Shown: positions 15,179 through 24,704 of the stretch, piece after piece
Layout of the letters: each line of letters opens with the position of its first letter
Numbering within the stretch: position 1 is the stretch's first letter
DNA from: Spirochaetae bacterium HGW-Spirochaetae-7
GTDB lineage: Bacteria > Spirochaetota > Spirochaetia > Treponematales > UBA12059
NCBI GenBank assembly: GCA_002839245.1
Contig: PGXR01000001.1
Location: 4,284-42,357, forward strand
DNA length: 38,074 nucleotides
Direction: 5' to 3'
Made by a program: the position numbers and the translations under genes
The notes under the pieces: model-generated
What the model was told of the DNA's origin: nothing
The model's database searches: none
Seen by the model: the letters and a program-made list of their open reading frames with translations, nothing else

Positions 15179-16353
15179 AGCCAGCCGGTCTCCTGAGGAT
15201 CTGCTGCTTCCTCACCGTTGGCGCCGCCGGTACCATGGTCCCGGCAGGCGCACAATCCGGCGGCGCGCTCTCGCTGGACGCGTCGGGCAGCGTCTCGACG
15301 GTCGTCGAGCTGGCCTATCCCCGGTCGGCGGACGGAAGCTTCGGAGATCCGGCGGTCGGCGCGGCGTTCGAGTCGGAGCTCTTCCTCTCGGGCACCGGAC
15401 CGTTGGCCCTGTTCCGCATTCGGGCGCTGGCATCCGCCTCGGCGGACGATCCTTCCGGATACGAACCCGCAAATCTCGCGAACGCTGTCCGCCTCGAACT
15501 CCGGGAGGCGGAGATAACGCTCCTGCCCCTGCCCGGGCTGTCCGTCCGCGCGGGTATGCTGCTCCGCAGCCTCGGCTTCGGTTCGTACGGCTCTCCGGCG
15601 GACCCCTTGGCGCGCCTCCCCGACCAGGGCGGCTTCTGGGGAGCATCCGTGGAATGGGCCCCGGTCCAGGGATTCTCGGCCGTCGCGCTGGCGTCGGCGG
15701 ACAGGGCGGCGAGAGACGCCTCTTTCGCCGGAGTCGATGACCTCGACGCGGGGGCTGTCGTCCGGTTCTCGGCAGGAGCACTGGATGCGGGGCTCGGTAC
15801 TTACTATTCGGGGTATGGAAGCGGGGAGGCTAGACCGGTCGCCTATGTCTCCTGTCCGGCATTCGGATTCCTGGGCTCGCTGGAGGCCGCGCTGTCCATT
15901 CCGCTGGGCGGCGCCGACGCGGAGCCGTCCGGGTCGTTGAGGATGGAACTGCGCCGCGGGCTTGCCGTCGGCGACCTGTCGTTCGAATTGGCCGCCGCGT
16001 ACCGCGGCGTGTTCCCCGGGAGAAGCCAGGCCGAACTCGATTCGATGATCGCGGCCCTGGGCGGCGGCCTGCCCGGTGACCCGTTCGCGCCGTATTACGG
16101 GCGGCATTACGCGGAATTCTCCGCCTATGTCGAAAGCGCGGACCTGTTCTTGTTTTCTGCCAACCTCGCGCTCTCCCTGCTGGATGGTAGCATGATGCTC
16201 GAAACGAAGGCAGAGCTCTACAGCGGCGACGCGGGCCTCTTCGTCAGGGCCGCCCTCGTGCCGGGGAAAGAGGACGGAGAATTCCGGGCCATAGCGCGGG
16301 CAGCCGGTTCAAGCGAGCTGGTCATAGGCGCGGGCCTGAGCTTTTCGTTCTGA
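15175..16353 (+). CDS. Putative outer-membrane beta-barrel protein, unknown family
   Basis: ATGA overlap with the preceding gene (15175-15178). Signal peptide MKPAGLLRICCFLTVGAAGTMVPAGAQS. The composition is Gly/Ala/Ser/aromatic-rich, and the C-terminal ...VIGAGLSFSF ends in Phe, as BAM substrates typically do. Confidence 0.6.
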   Translation: MKPAGLLRICCFLTVGAAGTMVPAGAQSGGALSLDASGSVSTVVELAYPRSADGSFGDPAVGAAFESELFLSGTGPLALFRIRALASASADDPSGYEPANLANAVRLELREAEITLLPLPGLSVRAGMLLRSLGFGSYGSPADPLARLPDQGGFWGASVEWAPVQGFSAVALASADRAARDASFAGVDDLDAGAVVRFSAGALDAGLGTYYSGYGSGEARPVAYVSCPAFGFLGSLEAALSIPLGGADAEPSGSLRMELRRGLAVGDLSFELAAAYRGVFPGRSQAELDSMIAALGGGLPGDPFAPYYGRHYAEFSAYVESADLFLFSANLALSLLDGSMMLETKAELYSGDAGLFVRAALVPGKEDGEFRAIARAAGSSELVIGAGLSFSF

Positions 16354-16405
16354 GCGCAGGCCCGGGCCGGCCGGCGGCCTTATAATTCGCAAGAAGGAGC
16401 TACCT

Positions 16406-17089
16406 ATGGCTTTGATCGATATGCGCGACATCGAAAAAGATTATTCGCTCGGCCGGACCACGATTCGGGCGCTCAGGAACGTCAGCCTTTCGGTCGAAGC
16501 CGGCGAGTTCACGGCCATCGTCGGCCCTTCCGGCTGCGGCAAGACGACGATGCTCAACCTCCTGGGGTGCATCGACAGGCCCACGTCGGGAAGCATCAGC
16601 TTTGACGGCGTTCCGACCACGGGCCTCGGGGACGACGCCGAGGCGGACCTCCGGCTCGCGAAGATAGGCTTCATATTCCAGAGCTTCAACCTCGTGCCGG
16701 TCCTGACGATCGCGGAGAACATCGAGGTTCCCCTCATGCTCGCCGGGCGTCCGAAGCGTGAACGGCGTGTCCGCGTCGAGGAGCTCATGGAGCTCGTGGG
16801 GCTCGCGAGCTACGCCCGCCACAAACCGGACGAACTGTCCGGGGGGCAGCGACAGCGGGTGGCCATTGCGCGCGCCCTGGCCAACGAGCCGAGGCTCGTG
16901 ATCGCCGACGAGCCGACGGCCAACCTCGACGGCGCTACCGGAGAGAGCGTGCTCGAGGCGATGAAGGAGCTGAACGAGAAGAACGGCATTACCTTCCTTT
17001 TCTCGACGCACGATCCCCGCGTCATGCGCTACGCCCGCCGCATCGTCAGGCTGCGCGACGGAGAAATCGAGGGCGAGGAGGCCTCCTGA
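16406..17089 (+). CDS. ABC transporter ATP-binding protein, LolD/MacB-type
   Basis: Walker A GPSGCGKTT, signature LSGGQRQRVAIARAL, Walker B LVIADEPT. AAGGAG (16392-16397) precedes the ATG. Confidence 0.92.
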   Translation: MALIDMRDIEKDYSLGRTTIRALRNVSLSVEAGEFTAIVGPSGCGKTTMLNLLGCIDRPTSGSISFDGVPTTGLGDDAEADLRLAKIGFIFQSFNLVPVLTIAENIEVPLMLAGRPKRERRVRVEELMELVGLASYARHKPDELSGGQRQRVAIARALANEPRLVIADEPTANLDGATGESVLEAMKELNEKNGITFLFSTHDPRVMRYARRIVRLRDGEIEGEEAS

Positions 17090-18294
17090 TGCTGCTCAAG
17101 ATGGCCATCCTGTCGATGCTCAAGCGCCCAAAGCGTACCATCCTGATAGTGCTGGCCGTCGCGCTCTCGGTGTTCGTCATGGAATTCGTGTCGGGCTGGA
17201 TAGAGGGCATGCGGGACAGGATGAACAGGCAGATCGTCGAGGAGAGCGCTCACATCCTCGTAGAACGAACGGAGCGCGTCGAATCCCTCGATCCGCTGGA
17301 GACGAAGGACTATATCGCCGATCCGGGCTCCGTCGCCGAGCGGCTCTCGGCCGACGCCCGCGTTCGCCGCGTCGAGCGCGTCACGCCCTTCGGCGCACTC
17401 GTGCTCGCCGGCAGCAAGAGCCTGCCGATGAGGATGGTCGGCGTGGAGCGGGATACCGGTTTCTTCGCCCAGGTTCCCCGGGGCCGGCTCGAAGGCTCGT
17501 TCCCGCCATCGGGACCCGGCATCGCGATATCGCGGAAAGCGCTCGACCTGCTTGGCGCTTCTTACTCCGCCAGGCTGATCGTGCTCGTCGAGGACGCGTA
17601 CGGGATGCCGTCGTACCGGGAATTGCCGGTGACCTGCGTCTTTGCGACCGATTCCACCGACTTCGACACGTCGACGGCCTTCATCGACGCCGGGACCGCG
17701 TCTGAAATCCTCGGTACCGGGTACAGCGCCGAGCTGTGGCTCCGCCTCGGAAATCCCGAGGATGCGGAAGCCGTCCGCGATTCCGCGCTCGCGTTCCTGG
17801 CCGGCCGCGACTGCGTCGCCAGGACCTGGAAGGACCTCCAGGGCGGATTGCTGGTGATGATACGCTACATGGACCTCTTCATGCTCGTCATCAACGTCTT
17901 CGTCCTGATAGTGGCCGCGACCGTCATCACCAACGCGATACTGATGAACGTATTCGAGAAGCAGAAGGAATACGGAACGCTACGGGCGATAGGCATGAAA
18001 CGACGCGATCAGGCATTCCTCGTGCTCGCCGAAGGAGCGGCGCAAGGCCTCGCGGGAGCGGCGCTCGGCGCCGTGCTGGCCTTGCCCGTCGTACTTTTCC
18101 TCAAGGCGAACGGCCTTCCCATCGGCGAGGCGAGCCGGATGCTCGGCGGTGGCGACGTCATGTATTTCGGAACGAATCCTTTTTCGACGCTGCAGAACAT
18201 CGGTTTCGGGACGCTCATCGCCGTCGCGGGGAGCCTCTATGCCGCCGTCTTCGGGACACGGGCCACGGTCGTCGACGCGCTCAAGAACGTCTAG
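17089..18294 (+). CDS. ABC transporter permease, FtsX/MacB/LolC-E family
   Basis: N-terminal TM, a large periplasmic domain, and a C-terminal FtsX-like three-TM bundle (...EKQKEYGTLRAIGMKRRD...). The start overlaps the ATPase stop by 1 nt (TGATG). Confidence 0.85.
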   Translation: MLLKMAILSMLKRPKRTILIVLAVALSVFVMEFVSGWIEGMRDRMNRQIVEESAHILVERTERVESLDPLETKDYIADPGSVAERLSADARVRRVERVTPFGALVLAGSKSLPMRMVGVERDTGFFAQVPRGRLEGSFPPSGPGIAISRKALDLLGASYSARLIVLVEDAYGMPSYRELPVTCVFATDSTDFDTSTAFIDAGTASEILGTGYSAELWLRLGNPEDAEAVRDSALAFLAGRDCVARTWKDLQGGLLVMIRYMDLFMLVINVFVLIVAATVITNAILMNVFEKQKEYGTLRAIGMKRRDQAFLVLAEGAAQGLAGAALGAVLALPVVLFLKANGLPIGEASRMLGGGDVMYFGTNPFSTLQNIGFGTLIAVAGSLYAAVFGTRATVVDALKNV

Positions 18295-18300
18295 GAGGAC

Positions 18301-19539
18301 ATGATGACAATGACGGGATTGGCTGCACGGAACGTTTTCAGGAATCGGCGACGCAGCATCCTCAACATGATCGCCATATCGATAGGCGTCGCGCTGATGT
18401 TCGTCTGCCTCGGGTGGGTCCAGGGCTATGAAACCTATATATACAGCACGGTCATCCGCTTCCAGACGGGTTCGGCGCAACTGCTCCACGAAGGCTACGA
18501 GGAGGAGGCCGCGAGGCTACCCCTCGACCTGGTACTCCCGGAATACCCTCAGGTACGCTCCCGCCTGCTCGCCACGCCGGGCATCTCGGGAGCGAGCGGC
18601 CGGATCGATTTCCTCGCACGCCTGATCACCCCCGCGGGTTCGGTGAGGCTGCTCGGCCAGGGCATCGATGCCGAGGCCGAACGTGACGTCACCATCCTGT
18701 CCAGGAAGATAGTCCGGGGCTCGTACCTCGACGGCCAGCCGGGACTGCTCCTGGGATCGGGCATCGCCGGGAAACTCGGCGTCGAACCCGGATCGGTCGT
18801 GTTCGTCTCCGCGACCGACAAGTACGGCGTGGAGAACAGGACCGCGCTCCCGGTCCGCGGAATATTCTCGTTCGGTTACGGGGCGATGGATGACGGAATA
18901 GTCTATCTCGACCTGCCCTCGGCGCAGTACCTGCTCGACCTCGATGACGAGGTTACCCGCATCGTGCTCGCCGGCCCCGGCGGTGACAGGGTGCGGGCGG
19001 CGGCCTCCGGTTTTGTTGACGGACTCGGGGAAGGCTATCCGCCGACGAAGGCCTACGGCTGGCAGGAGTTCGCCAAGGCGACGGTTTCCGGGGTCCGCAC
19101 CGATACCTACAGTTTCTATGTCGTCGCCGTCATCCTGTTCGGACTCATCATCGTGGGAATCCTCAACTCGATGTCGATGTCGGTGCACGAGCGGACCCGT
19201 GAGCTGTCGACCCTGCGGGCGATCGGCTTCAGGAGGCGTGACGCGAAACGGCTGATACTGCTCGAAAGCCTGATTTTGGCGGCCATCGGTACGGCGACAG
19301 GGCTGCTGGTGGCCGCTCCCGTGGCGGTCTGGCTCGGGATCTATGGAGTAGATATCGCCGGATCCATACCAAAGGATTTTCCCGTGCCCTTCGGCGAGAT
19401 GTACCATGCCGACTACCGACCCTGGCACGCGCTCGTCAGCATTGCCCTCGGGATAGGAGCCTGCCTGGCGGGCTCCATCATCCCGGCGCGGCGGGTGGCG
19501 CGCCTCCCGATAGCCGAGACCATCGGGGGCGGGATGTAG
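18301..19539 (+). CDS. ABC transporter permease, FtsX/MacB/LolC-E family (second copy)
   Basis: Same architecture (...HERTRELSTLRAIGFRRRD...). GGAGG at 18294-18298 makes ATG 18304 a slightly better-spaced start than 18301. Confidence 0.85.
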   Translation: MMTMTGLAARNVFRNRRRSILNMIAISIGVALMFVCLGWVQGYETYIYSTVIRFQTGSAQLLHEGYEEEAARLPLDLVLPEYPQVRSRLLATPGISGASGRIDFLARLITPAGSVRLLGQGIDAEAERDVTILSRKIVRGSYLDGQPGLLLGSGIAGKLGVEPGSVVFVSATDKYGVENRTALPVRGIFSFGYGAMDDGIVYLDLPSAQYLLDLDDEVTRIVLAGPGGDRVRAAASGFVDGLGEGYPPTKAYGWQEFAKATVSGVRTDTYSFYVVAVILFGLIIVGILNSMSMSVHERTRELSTLRAIGFRRRDAKRLILLESLILAAIGTATGLLVAAPVAVWLGIYGVDIAGSIPKDFPVPFGEMYHADYRPWHALVSIALGIGACLAGSIIPARRVARLPIAETIGGGM

Positions 19540-19566
19540 CTCGCCGGGTCGGCAGGCCTGCCGTAT

Positions 19567-21459
19567 CTACCTCAGCGCCCTCGTCGAGTTGAGCACGGCG
19601 AGCAGGGCGACGCCGACGTCGGCCAGCACCGCCTCCCACATCGCGGCCAGGCCGAAAGCGCCAAGCCCCATGACGGCCAGCTTGATGCCCAGGGCGAACA
19701 CGATGTTCTGCGTGACGATCGCCCTGGTCCTCCTGGCGCGGAAAATCGCCTCCGCGACGCGTGACGGCTCGCCGCTCATCAGCACCACGTCGGCGCTCTC
19801 TATCGCGGCGTCGGAGCCGGCTCCCATCGCGATGCCGGCGTCGGCGCGGGCTATCACCGGCGCGTCGTTGATGCCGTCCCCGACGAAGATGACCGAGCCC
19901 CGGCCGCGTTCCTGGCCAAGGATGGCCTCGAGCCGCTCCAGCTTGCCTTCCGGCAGGAGTCCGTGGTGCACCTCGGTGATGCCCGCCTCGAGGGCGACCC
20001 GGTCGGCGGAAGCGCCAGAATCGCCGGTCAGCATCGCGATGCGGCGGATGCCCAGGCCGCGCAGGCTCGAGAGGGCGGCCTTGCCGTCGGCCTTGAGCCC
20101 GTCACCGACCCCTATGCGCCCGGCATACCTGCCAGCTATCGCGACGTGGATCTCGGTGCCCGAGGCAGGCCTGCACTCGTGCTCTATGCCCTTTAGGTGG
20201 AGGAGCCGGTCGCCGCCGGCGAGGACCTCGCGCCCGCCGACCATGGCTACCGTACCGTGCCCCGGGATCTCGCTGAAGCCCGAGTCGTCGCAGGCCGGGA
20301 CTGGCCTGCCTCCGCTCGCCCATGCCTCCCGTATGGCGACCGCCAGAGGGTGGTTCGAGTGGGTCCCGGCCGCCGCCGCGCCGCCCAGAAGGGCTTCCTC
20401 GTCGAAGCCGTCGGCAGGCTCGAGCTCGCGCACGCTGAAGCTGCCGTCCGTCAGCGTGCCGGTCTTGTCGAAGACCACCGTTTTCGCGTCGGCCAGCGCG
20501 TCGAGAATCGACGCGCCTTTGATCAGGATGCCGCGCCTGGCAGCGCCGCCAAGGCCGCCGAAATAACCCAGCGGGACGCTTATGACCAAGGCGCATGGAC
20601 AGGAGATGACGAGCATGATCAAGGCGCGATACGCCCAGTCGGCGAAACGCTGCCCCGGTACCAGCAGCGGCGGGAGGATGGCGACGAGAAGGGCCGCGAT
20701 GACGACCGAAGGGGTGTACCACCGGGCGAAGCGGGTGATGAACAGCTCCGTCCTCGCCTTGGATTTGGACGCGTTTTCGACCAGTTCGACGATGCGGGCC
20801 GCCGAAGACTCTGACGCCGGCCGTTCAGCGCGTATCGTCAGCGCCGCGTCGAGCGCTATGAAACCCGACAGCGCTTCGGTGCCGGCCGCGGCGGGCCGGG
20901 GCGCGCTCTCGCCGGTCATCGACGATGTGTCGAACGAACCGTCGCCGTCGACGACCGTGCCGTCCACCGGCACCCGCTCGCCTGGTCGCACCAGCACGAG
21001 GTCGCCGGGCGCCAGGTCTTCCGGCCGGCAGTCGACCCATTCTTCGCCACGGCGGACGCGCGCCGTGTCGGGCCGAAGCGCCAGCAGCGAGCGTATGGAC
21101 CTGCGGCTCTTGTTCGCTGCAGCTTCCTGCAGCATCTCGCCGATTTTATAGAAGACCATGACTCCTATGGCTTCCTCCATCGCGCCAATCGCAAAGGCGC
21201 CCAGCGAGGCTACCGCCATCAGGAACAGCTCGTCGAATACGTGGCCGCGCGCGATGTTCCTTGCCGCCGACAGGAGCACGTCGCGCCCGGCCAGCAGGTA
21301 GGCCAGCGCGAAGACGAGCGTAGCGGATTTCGGCAGCCAGGCGGCGGCACCGGGCCGCGCTCCGGCCGCCTGCACGAAGAACCCGCCAACGGCCAGAGCC
21401 GCAGCCGCCGCCAGCAATGCCAGCTCGCGCCTGGCCGAGGCGGAAAGTTTCGAGGCCAT
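19567..21459 (-). CDS. P1B-2-type heavy-metal (Zn/Cd/Pb) translocating P-type ATPase lacking an N-terminal HMA domain
   Basis: CPC in SCPCALVISVP, phosphorylation site FDKTGTLT and hinge GDGINDAP. N-x7-K (QNIVFALGIK) and D-x-G (LADVGV) lie in the last two TM helices, which is the P1B-2 signature. The protein begins directly with TM segments. Confidence 0.88.
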   Translation of the reverse strand: MASKLSASARRELALLAAAAALAVGGFFVQAAGARPGAAAWLPKSATLVFALAYLLAGRDVLLSAARNIARGHVFDELFLMAVASLGAFAIGAMEEAIGVMVFYKIGEMLQEAAANKSRRSIRSLLALRPDTARVRRGEEWVDCRPEDLAPGDLVLVRPGERVPVDGTVVDGDGSFDTSSMTGESAPRPAAAGTEALSGFIALDAALTIRAERPASESSAARIVELVENASKSKARTELFITRFARWYTPSVVIAALLVAILPPLLVPGQRFADWAYRALIMLVISCPCALVISVPLGYFGGLGGAARRGILIKGASILDALADAKTVVFDKTGTLTDGSFSVRELEPADGFDEEALLGGAAAAGTHSNHPLAVAIREAWASGGRPVPACDDSGFSEIPGHGTVAMVGGREVLAGGDRLLHLKGIEHECRPASGTEIHVAIAGRYAGRIGVGDGLKADGKAALSSLRGLGIRRIAMLTGDSGASADRVALEAGITEVHHGLLPEGKLERLEAILGQERGRGSVIFVGDGINDAPVIARADAGIAMGAGSDAAIESADVVLMSGEPSRVAEAIFRARRTRAIVTQNIVFALGIKLAVMGLGAFGLAAMWEAVLADVGVALLAVLNSTRALR

Positions 21460-21828
21460 CTAGAAGTCCTTCCTCTCCGCCAGGTGCGTGGAGGCGAGTC
21501 CGACTATCCCGCTGACATGTTCGTCGTCGAGCGTGTAGAACATGGCCTTGCCTTCCCGCCTCGCCCGCACGAGCCTGGCGACGCGCAGGGTGGACAGCTG
21601 GTGGCTGACTGCCGATTGGCTCATGTCCAGTGCCGTCGCCAGGTCGCAGACGCAGAGCTCGGCCACGCCGAGTGCCGTCAGAATCCTCAGCCTCGAAGGA
21701 TCGCCGAGTACCTTGAACAGCTCCGCGAGTCCAAGCAGCCTGGCTACTGGTGTCTCTGCCGCCCTGGCTGCAGCCACCGGCTCGTCGTGCACGATGGTGC
21801 AGAGGCATCGGTCGTCATCGCCATGCAT
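21460..21828 (-). CDS. ArsR/SmtB-family metalloregulator, CadC-like
   Basis: GGAGG lies 8 nt before ATG 21828 (MHGDDDRCLC...). Winged-HTH block LFKVLGDPSRLRILTAL...ELCVCDLA...SQSAVSHQLSTLR. An N-terminal CLC plus CVC fits a thiolate alpha3N site, and DEH-x10-HLAE fits the alpha5 D-x-H-x10-H-x2-E site. The stop abuts the ATPase ATG (TAGATG). Confidence 0.85.
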   Translation of the reverse strand: MHGDDDRCLCTIVHDEPVAAARAAETPVARLLGLAELFKVLGDPSRLRILTALGVAELCVCDLATALDMSQSAVSHQLSTLRVARLVRARREGKAMFYTLDDEHVSGIVGLASTHLAERKDF

Positions 21829-21845
21829 GGGTGCTGCCTCCGTTA

Positions 21846-21865
21846 TCATATGAGTGAATATATGA
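21846..21865. promoter_or_regulatory. Candidate ArsR/CadC operator in an AT-rich promoter region
   Basis: Inverted repeat TCATAT-N8-ATATGA (21846-21851 / 21860-21865). It sits between a possible -10 (TATGCT, minus strand, 21870-21865; possible -35 TTGTAT 21892-21887, 16-nt spacer) and the SD. ATATG(A/T) recurs at 21848, 21860 and 21876. Confidence 0.4.
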
Positions 21866-21924
21866 GCATACGAACATATGTAAGATATACAAGCTGCTCG
21901 TCGATAAATCAAGGGGTCGGCGGT

Positions 21925-23178
21925 TCAGTTTTCCAGGATGGTTATCTCGACCCGCCGGTTGCGCGCCATGCCCGCTTCCGTGCCGTTGTCGGCAACGGGC
22001 TTTTCGGCTCCGAAGCCTATCACGGTAATGGCCTCCGCCGGCCTCGCGCCGAGCCGTATCAGCTCCTCCGCCACGGCGCGCGCGCGGTCAACCGACAGTT
22101 GCTGCCTTGCGGCGGCCGTGCCGGCCAGCGCCGTATGCCCCGAGACCTGGATGTCCCGGCCCTGTACCCCGGCGAGTATCGCGGCGATCTTCCCGATCTT
22201 GGCCAGCTCCGAGGGGAGCAGCCGCGCCGAGTCGGCGGTGAACTGGATGTTCTCGATGCTTATCGTCACGCCGCGCTCGTCGCTCGTCACGCTGACGTCC
22301 TTGAGGCCGGAGACGGCGGCCCGCATCTCGCTTTCGAGCCCGGCGCGGTCCATCAGCAGCGCCTCGATGATTTCCGAGCCGGCCTGGCCTCGGTACTCGA
22401 CCGTGCGGCCGTCCGACAGTTCGAAAACGAACTTGAATCGTTCCTCGTAGCCGGCAAGTCCTCCCCGCTCCTGGTCCCAATACAGGAGCTGGTCGGAGTA
22501 GCCGGCGATCTGCGTCGGGTACGCGATGGTCCAGGCCCGTGGCCTCGGCGGCTGGATGAATACGGTATAGGCGGCGCGTACGAGCCTGACGGGTTTTCCG
22601 GAGAGGGTTCCCGGGCCTTCGTAGCTGTAGCGGACGTCTATCGGGATGACGTACGGGTCGGCGATGCCGAAATCGTCCCGGAAATCCTGCCTCTCCTCGC
22701 CGGGCGCGTTCCAGGTGTCGCCCGGCTTGAGATCCCTGTCAGGAAAGGTCGGCACGCTGCGGACGGTCGGCATGAAGTAGTTCGGTGCTATCTCGAAGCG
22801 TCCGTCGGGCAGTTGCCAGTACTCGGAGCGGTAGATCTTGTCGGTGACGAAGGAGACTCCGCCCGCGTACTGGACGCTGGTGGAGAAGTCGCCGCGGAGC
22901 AGGGAGGCTCCGTCGGCCCTGGTATCCGCGACCTCGAAGGCTATCCTGTTGACGATGCGCGCGGAGTGGGACCATTGGCGGTTTATGTAGACGTCCTCGT
23001 CGACGGTCGAGGCGACGCGGAACTTGTCGCCCTTGGCGTACGCGAACTTGAATTCGTCGGCGAAGGCAGGCCTCGCGACAGAGAGCGCAAGGAGCGTGGT
23101 GGCCAGGATGACTCGTGTACGGCGCGACGTCGTACCGCGGCTAGTCCCTGGTGTCACGAAGCTTGTTGATGGACTCAT
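21925..23178 (-). CDS. OmpA-family protein (unknown N-terminal domain plus C-terminal OmpA-like peptidoglycan-binding domain)
   Basis: Signal-like N-terminus ...RVILATTLLALSVARPAFADE. The C-terminus (FTADSARLLP...IQVSGHTALAGT...LSVDRARAVAEELI...GFGAEKPVADNGTEAGMARNRRVEITI) is the OmpA_C pattern. Confidence 0.85.
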   Translation of the reverse strand: MSPSTSFVTPGTSRGTTSRRTRVILATTLLALSVARPAFADEFKFAYAKGDKFRVASTVDEDVYINRQWSHSARIVNRIAFEVADTRADGASLLRGDFSTSVQYAGGVSFVTDKIYRSEYWQLPDGRFEIAPNYFMPTVRSVPTFPDRDLKPGDTWNAPGEERQDFRDDFGIADPYVIPIDVRYSYEGPGTLSGKPVRLVRAAYTVFIQPPRPRAWTIAYPTQIAGYSDQLLYWDQERGGLAGYEERFKFVFELSDGRTVEYRGQAGSEIIEALLMDRAGLESEMRAAVSGLKDVSVTSDERGVTISIENIQFTADSARLLPSELAKIGKIAAILAGVQGRDIQVSGHTALAGTAAARQQLSVDRARAVAEELIRLGARPAEAITVIGFGAEKPVADNGTEAGMARNRRVEITILEN

Positions 23179-23288
23179 TCGCGCCTGCCTTTCCGGTCCT
23201 TCGCGTCGATCGGTCGATGGATACCCTTTCCAGTATCGGTCAGGAATCGGCCTTTCCCGAGTCTTGACGACCCGGTCGAGGCTCCTCG

Positions 23289-24704
23289 TCAGTCGGGATG
23301 TCCGAGGCAGGAGGCCGCGGTGTTTATCTCCAGGAAGTTGGTCGTCTCGCTCTGGCCGGGCGAACCGCCGATGATGGCGACCAGGTCCTCGGTCTCTATT
23401 GCGCCGCGCGCCACGAGCCGTTCGAGCGAGTGCGACACGAGCTGGTCTGTCGTGTGAGCCGCGTCAGACTGCTCGGAGAATACGCCGAAGGTCAGGCTCA
23501 ACGAGCGGACCGTCGACATCTGCGGGCTGAACGCGTATATCGGCACGTGGCTCCGATAGCTCGAGATGAGGCGCGCAATACGACCTGATTCGGTGTCCGC
23601 GATGATGGCCTTGATGGGCAGCCTGAGGGCGGAGAGGGCGACGCTGCGGGCAAGGTAATCGCGCACCCGGTTCGGCGTGGCCTCGCTTATCATGGACTCG
23701 CCCCTGGGCTTCTGGCTCTCCGCCTGCATCGCGATGCGCGCCATCGTCCGTACGGACTCGAGGGGGTACTTCCCGAACGCCGTCTCGCCGGACAGCATCA
23801 GCGCGTCGGTTCCGTCGAACACGGCATTGGCGACGTCCGATACCTCGGCGCGCGTCGGACGCGGATTCTCGATCATCGTATGGAGCATCTGCGTCGCCGT
23901 TATCACCGGCTTGCCCTTGCGGACGCAGGCCTCGATGATGGTCTTCTGTATGCCTGGCAGTCGTTCGAAGGGAATCTCCACGCCGAGGTCGCCGCGCGCC
24001 ACCATCGCGCCGTCGGCGAAATCGAGGATCTCGGGCAGGTTGGTAACGCCCTGGATGTTTTCGATCTTCGCGATGATCCGCGCCTTGCTCCCGTAACCGT
24101 CCAGGATCCGCCGCACCTCGAGCACGTCTTCCTTGTTGCGCACGAAGGAGTGTGCAACGAAATCGATTCCGTTGTCGGCTACGAACTTGAGGTATGCCCT
24201 GTCCTTCTCGGAAAGCGCCGGGATCCTGAGCGGCACGCCGGGTACGTTGACGCTTTTTCGATCCTTGAGCGTCCCGTCGTTCAGCACCTCGCAGAGCAGC
24301 ATGCCGTTGGCCACGTGCTTGACCACCAGCTCTATCGTGCCGTCGTCCATCAGTATCCTCGAACCGAGCGGAACCTCGTCCACGAACCCCTCGTACGACA
24401 CCGAGAAACCCTTGCGGACTTCGTCGACCTTCGGGATCGTCACGGTTTCGCCCGTCTTGAGCACGAGCGGCTCTTCCAGGCCGCGTACCCTGACCTCGGG
24501 CCCCTTGGTGTCGACCAGTATGCCTATCGTTTCCGATACGGCCCGGATGTTGGCTACGACCCTGGCCGACGCTTCCGGCGTCTGGTGGGCGGTGTTCAGC
24601 CTGACGACGTTCATGCCCGCCTCGTACAGCGAGCGAAGGAACGCGGGGTCGCAGTTGGTATCCGATATGGTCGCGACTATCTTCGTGAGTTTCTGGGAGT
24701 TCAT
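23289..24704 (-). CDS. pyk: Pyruvate kinase
   Basis: 471 aa. MNSQKLTKIVATIS...GMNVVRLNTAHQ..., ...IIAKIENIQGV..., ...MVARGDLGVEIP... and ...ATQMLHTMIENPRPTRAEVSDVANAV are canonical PK blocks. Confidence 0.95.
   Translation of the reverse strand: MNSQKLTKIVATISDTNCDPAFLRSLYEAGMNVVRLNTAHQTPEASARVVANIRAVSETIGILVDTKGPEVRVRGLEEPLVLKTGETVTIPKVDEVRKGFSVSYEGFVDEVPLGSRILMDDGTIELVVKHVANGMLLCEVLNDGTLKDRKSVNVPGVPLRIPALSEKDRAYLKFVADNGIDFVAHSFVRNKEDVLEVRRILDGYGSKARIIAKIENIQGVTNLPEILDFADGAMVARGDLGVEIPFERLPGIQKTIIEACVRKGKPVITATQMLHTMIENPRPTRAEVSDVANAVFDGTDALMLSGETAFGKYPLESVRTMARIAMQAESQKPRGESMISEATPNRVRDYLARSVALSALRLPIKAIIADTESGRIARLISSYRSHVPIYAFSPQMSTVRSLSLTFGVFSEQSDAAHTTDQLVSHSLERLVARGAIETEDLVAIIGGSPGQSETTNFLEINTAASCLGHPD

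Noticed and set aside
16381-16386. A perfect TATAAT upstream of the ABC ATPase gene, considered as an internal promoter.
   Set aside because: No acceptable -35 (AGGCCC at 17 nt) and no TG extension are present. It may be a chance match within the short GC-rich spacer.
19550-19563. The 14-nt palindrome CGGCAGGCCTGCCG between the convergent permease and P-type ATPase genes, considered as a bidirectional terminator.
   Set aside because: It can form only a 5-bp stem with a 4-nt loop and has no U-tract on either strand. This is too weak to call.
21241-23169. A 642-aa plus-strand ORF spanning the ATPase 5' end, arsR and the whole ompA-family gene.
   Set aside because: It crosses three well-supported minus-strand genes and an AT-rich promoter. 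The composition is Arg/Gly/Pro-biased and no domains are recognisable. It is an antisense artefact.
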